Source: an uncultured Planctomycetales bacterium (lineage in GTDB: Bacteria > 4484-113 > JAFGCY01). From it: DNA of 32,962 nt. The notes beneath the pieces are model-generated. The model worked only from the letters and a program-made list of their open reading frames with translations, was not told the DNA's origin and ran no database searches. Below are positions 23,110-31,663 of this stretch, piece after piece. Position 1 is the first letter of the stretch. Each line of letters starts with the position of its first letter. A program made the translations under genes and the position numbers. The stretch is from contig CAYXMN010000005.1 of NCBI GenBank assembly GCA_964465955.1, forward strand, positions 1-32,962, read 5' to 3'.

Positions 23110-24300
23110 GTGCGGATTGCGATCCTCGCCACCTGGTACCCCTCCGCCGCCAATCCGGCGGAAGCCGTGTTCATCCAAGAACAGGCGCGCGCGCTGGCGG
23201 AGCGGCATGCGATTGCCGTGCTGGTGCCGCAGGCGGGCGGCGGCGGCGCGATCAGCGTTGAGCGCGACAGCGTGCTGGGCTTCCCGGTGTACACGCAGGG
23301 CGGCCGCCAGGCGCGCGCGGCGCGAGGGCGGTTTAGCAGGCTGCGCCCGGTGCTGGGCAAGCTCGGCCTGGCGGACGTGTTCAATGCGCCGGCCTACGCG
23401 GCCTACGCTGCCGCGGCGAGCATGGCGCTGGATCATGTCGCGCGCGAGTGGGGTCAGCCCGAGCTGGTGCATGCGCACGTCACACTGCCCGGCGGGCTTG
23501 GCGCGGTACGGTGGGGCACAGCGCAGGGCATTCCCGTGGTGTTAACCGAGCACGCGAGTAATTTCCAGATGCACCTTGACTCGCCGCTCAAACGCAAGCT
23601 TGCCCGCGAAGTGCTGCTCGCCGCGAAGCAGGTAGTCGCCGTCAGTCCGCACTTGGCCGGGGCGATCAGCGCCGTGGCCCCGGATGCCCCGCTCAACATC
23701 GTGGGCAATCTCGTGCGCACGGAGTTCTTCAATATCGCGGCCACCCCACGTGAACCGGGGCCGCTGCGCATCATTGCCGTGGCGATGCTGGCTCCGAAAA
23801 AAGGATTACGCTACCTGCTCGACGCCGCGGCGCAGCTTCGCGCGGCGGGCGAAACCGGCTTTTGCATCGCCATCGGCGGGGACGGACCGGAGCTGCCCGC
23901 GCTGGAGGCGCAAGCGAGCAGCCTGGGATTGAACGAGCGCGTGCGCTTCCTGGGACGGCTTAGCCGTGAACAGGTGCGCGAGGCGCTGCAGGCCAGCGAC
24001 CTGTTCTGCCTGCCCAGCTTGCACGAGTCCTTCGGCATCGTCTTCGCTGAAGCGCTGGCATGCGGCAAGCCCGTGCTGTCGACCACCAACGGCGGCGCGC
24101 GCTTCGTCGTTGAGGAACGGCAAGGCCTGCTCGTCGAACCGGCGGATGCGGCGGCGCTGGCCGCCGGCCTGCGCCGGTTCATCCACGGCGAGGTGCCGCT
24201 CGATCCACCGCAGCGCTTACGTGCGCGGGTGGTGGAGCGCTTCAGTCCACAAGCGATCTGTGATCAACTGGACAGGGTGTATGCCGAGGCGTGTCAGTAA
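23110..24300 (+). CDS. Glycosyltransferase family 4 (GT-B, retaining type)
   Basis: The track ORF starts at 22366, antisense to the flippase. The in-frame GTG 23110 gives VRIAILATWYPSAANP. The C-terminal half has GDGPELPALE ... FCLPSLHESFGIVFAEALACGKPVL (EX7E region). Confidence 0.85.
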   Translation: MRIAILATWYPSAANPAEAVFIQEQARALAERHAIAVLVPQAGGGGAISVERDSVLGFPVYTQGGRQARAARGRFSRLRPVLGKLGLADVFNAPAYAAYAAAASMALDHVAREWGQPELVHAHVTLPGGLGAVRWGTAQGIPVVLTEHASNFQMHLDSPLKRKLAREVLLAAKQVVAVSPHLAGAISAVAPDAPLNIVGNLVRTEFFNIAATPREPGPLRIIAVAMLAPKKGLRYLLDAAAQLRAAGETGFCIAIGGDGPELPALEAQASSLGLNERVRFLGRLSREQVREALQASDLFCLPSLHESFGIVFAEALACGKPVLSTTNGGARFVVEERQGLLVEPADAAALAAGLRRFIHGEVPLDPPQRLRARVVERFSPQAICDQLDRVYAEACQ

Positions 24301-24306
24301 CGGGCC

Positions 24307-25419
24307 TTAACGCTGGTCCAGCGCTGTCAGCACCGCAGCCGCTTGCCTGGCCCGCGCCAGCCAAGTGTGCTGCTCCCGCCGCTCAATCACCCGCGCCCGC
24401 AGCGCTTGCACCTGGTCTAGACCGGCGTGCAGCTGAATGAGCAGCTCGCGGTACTCCTCCACGCTGCCCGCCTGCCAGCCCAGGCCGTGCTGCCGCACGA
24501 AGCGCGACCCGGCGGTTTCGCCGAGGCATGCCAGCGGCAGCGCCCAGCCCAGCGCCTCAGTCACCTTCACCGGCACGGTAAGCTGCAGGTACGGATGCTC
24601 GCCGATGGCCAGCGCGAACACATGGGCCGTGGCGGCCAGCTTGGTCAAGGCGGCGCCGCTGTGGTGCACCACGCGCACCTGGCGTGGATTGAACGCGCCG
24701 AGCCGCCCGCGTTGCGATTCCCATTCCGCCTGGCGGCAGCACAGCGTGAGGCGTACATGCTCCAGGCCGCGCAACGCCGCGAACAGCCCGGTCAGGTCGT
24801 ACAACGGCGGAACCACCCCGCCGACATACAGCAGGTGCAGATTGCCGTTCTGCTCCGGTTCGAGCCCCGCCGCGCCGACCTGCGGCGTGCAACCGGGCGG
24901 CAGCGCGCTTAAGCGTTCCGCCGGCCAGCCGCCGGGCACTACGCCGGCCATCTCCACCTGCGGCAGGAAGAGGTGATCGATGGCGCGGCGGTACCAGCGC
25001 AGGTCGTGGCCGTGGAAAGTTTCCAGCACGCGCTTCTTCCAGCCGGGGAAACGCGGCGGGTAGATGTCGAAGACGTAGTGCAGGTCGCGCAGGAAGACGC
25101 CGGACGGGATGCCGGCGCGGCGCACGGCCAGGAATAGGCTCGGTTCCAGCCAGGGCCTGAGCGGCAGGTGGTGCGGGTCCGCCAGCGCCGACGGTGTAGT
25201 GGAAGACTCGGCGTACAGAAAATCGAAACGCGATCCGGCGCGCAAAGCCAGGTGTAGCTTGCGCAAGGCCGCTTGGCGCTGCGCGCTATAGCCCGAGGCA
25301 TCGAGTACGTCGTAACCTAGCTCACGGAAGGCGGCCAGCATCGCCGTTGCGCGCACACGGCTGCCAGACGCGCCTGCCGCTTCCAGGGGCAGTGGATGAT
25401 GAAATATCATCTTCGGCAC
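24307..25419 (-). CDS. Putative glycosyltransferase (GT-B fold)
   Basis: The N-terminus MIFHHPLPLEAAGASGSRVRATAMLAAFRELGYDV and its position inside the EPS locus support the call. The start is GTG 25419 (overlapping the upstream stop by 1 nt) or ATG 25410. The family assignment is tentative. Confidence 0.55.
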   Translation of the reverse strand: MPKMIFHHPLPLEAAGASGSRVRATAMLAAFRELGYDVLDASGYSAQRQAALRKLHLALRAGSRFDFLYAESSTTPSALADPHHLPLRPWLEPSLFLAVRRAGIPSGVFLRDLHYVFDIYPPRFPGWKKRVLETFHGHDLRWYRRAIDHLFLPQVEMAGVVPGGWPAERLSALPPGCTPQVGAAGLEPEQNGNLHLLYVGGVVPPLYDLTGLFAALRGLEHVRLTLCCRQAEWESQRGRLGAFNPRQVRVVHHSGAALTKLAATAHVFALAIGEHPYLQLTVPVKVTEALGWALPLACLGETAGSRFVRQHGLGWQAGSVEEYRELLIQLHAGLDQVQALRARVIERREQHTWLARARQAAAVLTALDQR

Positions 25420-26630
25420 TAAGCAAAACCCTCCCCGGCGCTACTGGCCGGTCTAGCAACAGAACGTGGGGAGTTTAGCGCAAGTCCGGCGCCGATACCC
25501 ATGATCATCCACATCAGCAGGCCCAGTGATAAGTTGTGCTGGGTCAAGCTGACGTCAAACGTCTGCTGAATCAAAAGCGCCGTGGTGAACGCCGCAGCCA
25601 GGCGCACACGGTGGTCGCGCCGGCCGTGCCAGAACACGCGCCAAATGGCGAAGAGCGTGCCGAGCAAGGCGGCCAGCCCGGTGAAACCGACCTGCAGCGC
25701 CACCTGCAAATACAGGTTGTGCGCGCTGAGCTCGATCTCGAACAAGTTGCGCGGCAAGTAGTACGGCCCGTGGCCGAACACCGGTTTGTCGAGGATGCCC
25801 TGGAACATCAGCGCCCAGATCCAGGACCGCCCGGAGGAGATGCTTTTGCTAAACAATCCCTGGCTCAGTTCGGTGGCTTGTTCGAAGAAGGGCAACAATC
25901 CGATCACCGGCAGCACGACCGTAATCAACGCCGCGACGGCGATCGAAACCCAAAACGCGGCCAGGAAACGCCAACGGTGCGCGGTGAGCCAGCGCCAGCC
26001 GTAATACACCGCCGCCGCCGCCAGCAAGGCGAGCAGGATCGCCCGTGACTCGCTGATGTAGGCGAGCAGCGCGGTCAGCCCGGCCAGGCCAATCAGCGGC
26101 AAGCGGAGCAGCCGTTGTTGGGGCATGTGCAGCGCCAGCAGGATGAAGAATAAGCTGAAGCAGAAGTAGCCGCCCGCCAGGTTGGGATTGGACATGTGAG
26201 CCGAGAAAGCGCTGGGAGCACCAGCCCACAACCACCACGCGCCTAGCAGCCAGTTGGAGATCCCAAAACACCAGCCCAGCGCCAGCAGGCTGCTGGTGTA
26301 AAAACGCACGCAAGCCAGCATGGCGAACAGCACCAAGTAAAACACCGCCGACAGCACGCTGTAGCGGAAGCCTTTCAAGCTGCCCTGGATGACGAAGCCC
26401 AGGCAGTACAGGCCGATAAACACCCCCGCCCAAACCGCCACGGGATACAGCGCGCGGTGCCAGCGCCCACCGCACAGCCAGCGGCTGAGCAACAGGTAGG
26501 CGGCGTAGGCCAGGATCAAGCCCACAATCGCCTGGCCCGCCATCGTCACGATCCACGCCGGATAGTTGTTAATCGAGGCCAGTGCGGAGAAGACCGCCAG
26601 CAGCAGCGCGTGCAGCGGGCTCAGCTGCAT
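25419..26630 (-). CDS. Wzy-type polymerase / O-antigen ligase family membrane protein
   Basis: About 10-12 TM segments plus a periplasmic loop with SGRSWIWALMFQGILDKPVFGHGP, typical of Wzy_C. The start was taken as ATG 26630 (MQLSPLHALLL). The track start at 26792 overlaps the upstream gene. Confidence 0.8.
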   Translation of the reverse strand: MQLSPLHALLLAVFSALASINNYPAWIVTMAGQAIVGLILAYAAYLLLSRWLCGGRWHRALYPVAVWAGVFIGLYCLGFVIQGSLKGFRYSVLSAVFYLVLFAMLACVRFYTSSLLALGWCFGISNWLLGAWWLWAGAPSAFSAHMSNPNLAGGYFCFSLFFILLALHMPQQRLLRLPLIGLAGLTALLAYISESRAILLALLAAAAVYYGWRWLTAHRWRFLAAFWVSIAVAALITVVLPVIGLLPFFEQATELSQGLFSKSISSGRSWIWALMFQGILDKPVFGHGPYYLPRNLFEIELSAHNLYLQVALQVGFTGLAALLGTLFAIWRVFWHGRRDHRVRLAAAFTTALLIQQTFDVSLTQHNLSLGLLMWMIMGIGAGLALNSPRSVARPASSAGEGFA

Positions 26631-26652
26631 AAAGCCCACCGCGCGCTGAGTG

Positions 26653-28944
26653 CTAAGGCTGTGGGCGAACGGTGACAAGCCGCAGCTCCTCCTTGCCCAG
26701 GTAATCCTGCTTGGGCGAATACGCGGTAACCACCACGCCGCGCAAAGCCGCCCCTGCCTGCCGCACCGCCAGCGCGGTCTGCTGCAATTCATCCAAGCTC
26801 GCCGATTGATGCGGCAGGCTCAGCACAATCGCATCAAGCTGGTTGATCCATTGCTCATGGTTGACCCAGCGCTGCACCGGCGGCAGGCAGATGATGCGGC
26901 AGGTGTATTCCGGCAAGGGCCGCGCCAGCCACTCGCGCACTTGCGCCGGGGCTACTTCCAAGATGCCCGGCTTGAGCAAGGCGCGCCCGCCTTCCAGCTT
27001 CACCGCCAGCGTTTTGGTCGCTTGGCCCAGCGCGGTTTCAGCCAGCCCGGCCCCTGGTTCCTGGCCGACGGCGCGGGTCAGGCCAGCCTCCAGGAAACCC
27101 GCGTCGATCAGCAAGGCCGGCGCTTGGTCCGTCCCCAATGCGCCCGCGATCAGCCAGGCTAAATCGTAGCCGCCCTGGTGGCTGGACTGGTGGATAATGC
27201 CGATGCGTTTGCCGGAAGCGCTCAAATAGGCCGCCAGCCGGGCCAGCTGGTTGTCATTGATTTCCACCGGGCGCCATTGGCCCTCGCCGGGGGCGTGGCC
27301 CGGCAGTACGCTAATCACCCTGAGTCCCGCACCGAGGCGGATTTCACGCAGGCTGCGGATCGTCCGGCGCTGCGCTTCGAGCAGCACCAAGATTACCGCC
27401 ACCAGCACAAAGCCCAGGCCGCCGCCGAGAATGGCGTCCCGCGTCACCTTGGGGCTGTCGCGGCGTAAGGGAATCTCGGGCGAATCCAGCACCGTGGTCT
27501 TCAAACTGGTGCCGGCCTTGCCGAGCAAGGTGGTGGTTTCCTGCTCCTTTAGCGTCTCCAAGACTCGCTGCTGCGCGCTGATCTCAGCGCTGATCAGCAT
27601 CACCTTGCTTTCAGCTTCCGGCAGCTTGGCCAGTTCAGCTTCAAACGAACCTTGCAAGCCGGCCAGCTGCTCATTTGCCTGCACGGCCTGATCCCGGCTG
27701 GTGCTGATGGACTGGCGCAATTGCGCGGTGGTCACGTCAATTTCAGTTTGGAGGGCTTTAACGTCGGGATGCTGGTCGGTCTTCGTCTCCCGCTCAAGCT
27801 TTAGCTCGCGCACCAGATCCGCCAATTGCGTAAATGCGCCTTCCAGCTCCTTGGCCTCAGCCGGGAGATCCGCGTTCTCATAAAGCTCCGCGCTGCCTTG
27901 TTTTTTGAGCAAATTCAGCAAGGCATCGTAACGCTTGATTTTGATCAGGTTGTCAGTCCGCTGAGTCCCGAGCTCAGCGATGGACGCCACGGCGGCACCG
28001 CCTTGGCTGGTCGGGAAATACACCCCATGCTCTTCACGGTACGTATCCAGTTCACGGGTAAGCTCTTCAATCCGCGCCGTGGCCTTGCCGGTTTCTTCAT
28101 CAATGAAGTCCAGCACCGTCTCCATCTCGCCGTAGGTCCGGTCGCGGCGGTAATTCATATAGCCTGCGATGATCTTTTCCACCACTTCTTTAGCCAATAC
28201 CGGGTTGTGGTAGCGGTAACGCACTGCCAGGATGGTCTGCGAGGCATCAGTCGCTGGATCGACGCTTAATTTGCCGCGGAACTCGCGCCAGGCTTCCTCG
28301 CGCGGACGGGCGAGCAGGCGGTAGCGGTAGCCGGCGTGGTGCCCGGAGCCGAATACCGGGGTGAAGTTGATTTTGCCAAGCTCGACCGGCGTGCCGGCTT
28401 GGCCGCTTTTACCATTGCACTGCCAATTTCCGCTGGCATCGGCGCTAAGCGTGAACTCCACCGGCTCCAGCAACTCGTCGCTGATCTGGACGTTGGTCAG
28501 CCGCAGGCGGTTATACTCGTCAACCCGCGCCACCGTGTCGCCGCCGTGCAGGCCGAGCCGCCGGTAGACGCGCTCCAGCGGGGCGTCGCGGCCCTGCACA
28601 TCCATTATGTTGATCTGCAGGCCGAGTTCTTCCACCACAGGCCAGCCGATCTCGCGGCTGAGCAGCACTAAACGTTCGTCTTCTAGTTGAGAGCTGCTGG
28701 CGCCGCGCAGCATCGTCAGGCGGACCAACCCGCTTAAGGCTTCCGCGCCGCCGTCCACCTGCACCGTGCCGTAACTGGCATAGACCGCCGGGCGCGTCAG
28801 CGACCAGCAACCCAGGCCCAGGACGCCCAGCAGCGCGCCAACGAGCAGCCAGAGGCTGTAGCGCTTCAGCAGGAACGGCAGCAACCGTTGCAGGTACTCC
28901 GGGTCGTTGGCAGGCTCCCAGCCCGCGTGCGTCTCCTCGCTCAT
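26653..28944 (-). CDS. Polysaccharide co-polymerase (Wzc/GumC-like PCP) with C-terminal degenerate BY-kinase-like domain
   Basis: TM1 is YSLWLLVGALLGVLGLGCW, followed by a Wzz-like segment RPAVYASYGTVQV, a long coiled-coil periplasmic region, TM2 AILGGGLGFVLVAVILVLL, and a cytoplasmic domain. The start was chosen at ATG 28944 (MSEETHAGWEP, AAGG-type SD). The track TTG at 29049 is the alternative. Confidence 0.8.
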   Translation of the reverse strand: MSEETHAGWEPANDPEYLQRLLPFLLKRYSLWLLVGALLGVLGLGCWSLTRPAVYASYGTVQVDGGAEALSGLVRLTMLRGASSSQLEDERLVLLSREIGWPVVEELGLQINIMDVQGRDAPLERVYRRLGLHGGDTVARVDEYNRLRLTNVQISDELLEPVEFTLSADASGNWQCNGKSGQAGTPVELGKINFTPVFGSGHHAGYRYRLLARPREEAWREFRGKLSVDPATDASQTILAVRYRYHNPVLAKEVVEKIIAGYMNYRRDRTYGEMETVLDFIDEETGKATARIEELTRELDTYREEHGVYFPTSQGGAAVASIAELGTQRTDNLIKIKRYDALLNLLKKQGSAELYENADLPAEAKELEGAFTQLADLVRELKLERETKTDQHPDVKALQTEIDVTTAQLRQSISTSRDQAVQANEQLAGLQGSFEAELAKLPEAESKVMLISAEISAQQRVLETLKEQETTTLLGKAGTSLKTTVLDSPEIPLRRDSPKVTRDAILGGGLGFVLVAVILVLLEAQRRTIRSLREIRLGAGLRVISVLPGHAPGEGQWRPVEINDNQLARLAAYLSASGKRIGIIHQSSHQGGYDLAWLIAGALGTDQAPALLIDAGFLEAGLTRAVGQEPGAGLAETALGQATKTLAVKLEGGRALLKPGILEVAPAQVREWLARPLPEYTCRIICLPPVQRWVNHEQWINQLDAIVLSLPHQSASLDELQQTALAVRQAGAALRGVVVTAYSPKQDYLGKEELRLVTVRPQP

Positions 28945-29148
28945 TTCCGCCTTCCACTCCTCGCGCGGCCCGCCCCTGCCTAAGAGGCGCCGCGCAGCGA
29001 TTTTAGCATCTGCCCGGCTGTCACGAGGACCTTCCAGCCAGCCATTCAATAGGAGGGCATATCAGTTGTTTAATATTCTTCTGACTAAACTTACGTTAGA
29101 TCATTCTTTATTATTGGTTAGGCGGTTCTAGCGTCCGAAAATCATAGA

Positions 29149-29154
29149 TATAAT
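29149..29154 (+). promoter_or_regulatory. -10 box TATAAT 7 nt upstream of ATG 29162 (leaderless arrangement)
   Basis: The plus strand reads TATAAT CTCTTAG ATG at the end of an AT-rich 112-217 nt divergent intergenic region. Confidence 0.4.
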
Positions 29155-29161
29155 CTCTTAG

Positions 29162-31591
29162 ATGTTAATTCCCCTAAACCTACGGCTCGTTTGGGCCGCC
29201 CTGTTGATGGGCGGAGGCCTGGCGCTGGCCAGTTGCGGCGGCGGTTCCAGCACGGCCCCGGCTGCATCGCCGGTGCAGGCAACGCCCATGCCGGCCACGC
29301 CGCCCGCTTTGGACACGCTCGCCGCCCACCACGCCAGCTCTGCCGTGACGGCCGCCCGGACGATGATCGACCCGGCGGAGCCTGCGCGCACGGCGACCGG
29401 TGCGCCGTGGATTGGAGGCAATGTCGAGCTGGGCGAAACGACCACGCTGGCAAGCACCACGGAAGAATTCGCCTGGGCGATCTACCCGCTGCAGGGCTGG
29501 CGCGCGGATAGCATGAGCTGGATCGACCTAGAGCTAGGGGGCAGCTCGGGCACCGTCTATGTAGGAGTCAGTAATTACCAGCGCAATGCCTGGAACTGGC
29601 AAGCCGCCACCCCCGCTTCCAGCGGCCCGACGCGCGTGACCTTTGACACTGAGCAAATCAGCGCGCTACAGGACGGCGGCGCGGGTTTCCTGACCTTGCT
29701 GGTCGAGAGCGGCGACAGCGCCAGGTTCGGCGGCGCGGACTGCTCGTTCATTCCCACATTACCTGTCAGCGCCAGCGGCGCCAGCATCGGCGTCCCCGTG
29801 CAAACGTATGTGAGCAAGGGGGTGTTCGCCTTACCGTCTCAGGCGACCGACCAGAGCATTTACTCAGTCTGCAACGATCCCGCCGGGCCGACCTTTGTCA
29901 TCGAAATGAACCAAACCACCGGCGTCGGCCAGACGTATTCCACACCGGGCGCCGACCATACTTTGTTCGCCGCCACCCAGGGGCAGGACGGCGCGGTGTA
30001 TTACTCCACCATGCCGAGCGGCGAATGGTTCCGCTTCAATCCGCAAACCAAGGTGATCGAGAGCCTGGGGGTGCCGGTGCCCGGCTCGTGGACCTACAGC
30101 ATGTCCGGGGGCAGCACCGACGGCAACATTTGGGGTGGTAACTATGAAACCATGGAGCTGGTGTATTACAGCACCCGCGACCATGGGTTTCATGTCGCCC
30201 TCGACCCGGTGGAAACCACCAACACCTACCCGCGGACCGTGCTGGCCTGGCAAGGGACCGTGCTGGTGGGCACCGGCCCGGAAAAGCCCAGCCTCTACGT
30301 CTACTACCCCGACAACGGCGGCCAGGCGCACAATATCTGGCCGGAAGACTTGAGCATCGCTGGCGGCTGGGTGGAGCTGATCGCGATTGACCGGGAATAC
30401 AACCTGCCGTTGATCCGCTACGTGCCGCAAGACGGTGCGCTGGACCTGGCGCGCTATTTCGTGATGGACAGCCAGGAGAACCTGACCGAGATTGACGAGC
30501 CCAACTGGGCGCCGGCCTGGACCAGCGACGGGCGCGAGGTGTGGTTCTGGTCGCACAAAAACGTGCTGGAGTTCGTCCAGCCCGATGGCAAGAACTATTT
30601 CGTCTATGTGGACGCCGATCGCAGCTCCGCCAACATCTATAACTTGTGCAACGGCCCCGACGGCACGATTTACGGCGGAACCTTCCCCTGCCACCTATTC
30701 AACATCGATCCCGTCAACGACGTGCTGGGTGACATGGGCAACGCCACAGGCACGACCGGTCAAATCTACGGCTTTGCTAACCTCGGCACGAAGTTGTACA
30801 TGGTGGGCTACCCCCGCGGAAATTTATCGGTCTACGACACGGACTTGCCGTATAAGCAGGACGAAATCACCCACATGGCCGGCACTAAACCGGGCAGCAA
30901 CCCCCGCGACCTGGGCAATATCGAGAATTTCCAGAACCGGCCGCTGACCGTCGTCGCCGCCCCCGACGGGCGCATTTACATCGGCTCACTGGCGGACTAC
31001 GGCCATGACACCGGCGCGCTGACGATGTACGACCCGGCGACGGAGGAGTTCACCATTCACGAGCTTTATCCCGGCGAAGCGATTACCGGCCTGGTGCTGG
31101 ACGCGGACGGCGAGCTGTGGGGCACGAGCTGGTACACCTTGTTCCACTGGAACCAAGCCACGCAGGCTGTGGACTTCGAGCTCAAACCGGTGGAGCACAC
31201 CTACGGCACCAACACGCGCCTGACACTGGATCGCAACGGCATCATCATGGGCATGTGCGACCGCACCCCCGGCTACCTCTATGCCTTCGATCCGGTTGCG
31301 CGCGAGATGGTCAACGTGCACACCTTCACCGACATGGGCCGCGCCCAAAGCCAGAGTTTCACCGGCCTGGCCACCGGGCCGGACGGGCTGGTCTACGGCA
31401 TGACCATCGACGACCAGAACTACACCCCGCCCGCCGCCCACCTCTGGGTGGTTGACCCGGCAACCTTCGAGCCGCGCACGCTCTGGCTCGACACCACCGG
31501 CGCGCTGCTGCAGACCGGGCTGGCGTTCCATGAGGACAACATTTACGTCGGCGCGGGTTCGCGGGTGGTCAAGGTCGAGCTGGCGCGTTAA
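29162..31591 (+). CDS. Large lipoprotein with N-terminal beta-sandwich-like region and multi-blade beta-propeller repeats; function unknown
   Basis: The signal peptide has a lipobox: LMGGGLALASCGGGS. About 10 repeats of the type PDGTIYGGT, PDGRIYIGS, ADGELWGTSW, PDGLVYGMT, QDGAVYYST and TDGNIWGGNY are present. Confidence 0.7.
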   Translation: MLIPLNLRLVWAALLMGGGLALASCGGGSSTAPAASPVQATPMPATPPALDTLAAHHASSAVTAARTMIDPAEPARTATGAPWIGGNVELGETTTLASTTEEFAWAIYPLQGWRADSMSWIDLELGGSSGTVYVGVSNYQRNAWNWQAATPASSGPTRVTFDTEQISALQDGGAGFLTLLVESGDSARFGGADCSFIPTLPVSASGASIGVPVQTYVSKGVFALPSQATDQSIYSVCNDPAGPTFVIEMNQTTGVGQTYSTPGADHTLFAATQGQDGAVYYSTMPSGEWFRFNPQTKVIESLGVPVPGSWTYSMSGGSTDGNIWGGNYETMELVYYSTRDHGFHVALDPVETTNTYPRTVLAWQGTVLVGTGPEKPSLYVYYPDNGGQAHNIWPEDLSIAGGWVELIAIDREYNLPLIRYVPQDGALDLARYFVMDSQENLTEIDEPNWAPAWTSDGREVWFWSHKNVLEFVQPDGKNYFVYVDADRSSANIYNLCNGPDGTIYGGTFPCHLFNIDPVNDVLGDMGNATGTTGQIYGFANLGTKLYMVGYPRGNLSVYDTDLPYKQDEITHMAGTKPGSNPRDLGNIENFQNRPLTVVAAPDGRIYIGSLADYGHDTGALTMYDPATEEFTIHELYPGEAITGLVLDADGELWGTSWYTLFHWNQATQAVDFELKPVEHTYGTNTRLTLDRNGIIMGMCDRTPGYLYAFDPVAREMVNVHTFTDMGRAQSQSFTGLATGPDGLVYGMTIDDQNYTPPAAHLWVVDPATFEPRTLWLDTTGALLQTGLAFHEDNIYVGAGSRVVKVELAR

Positions 31592-31648
31592 GCTCCGGTC
31601 CCGCTGAACAGCGCGGCGACCGGCTACCGCCGATTCCGGCAACCGCGC

Positions 31649-31654
31649 TAAAAT
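31649..31654 (+). promoter_or_regulatory. -10-like TAAAAT 9 nt upstream of GTG 31664
   Basis: The plus strand reads TAAAAT GCTCCCGCC GTG with no SD. This is weaker than the other leaderless candidates. Confidence 0.25.
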
Positions 31655-31663
31655 GCTCCCGCC

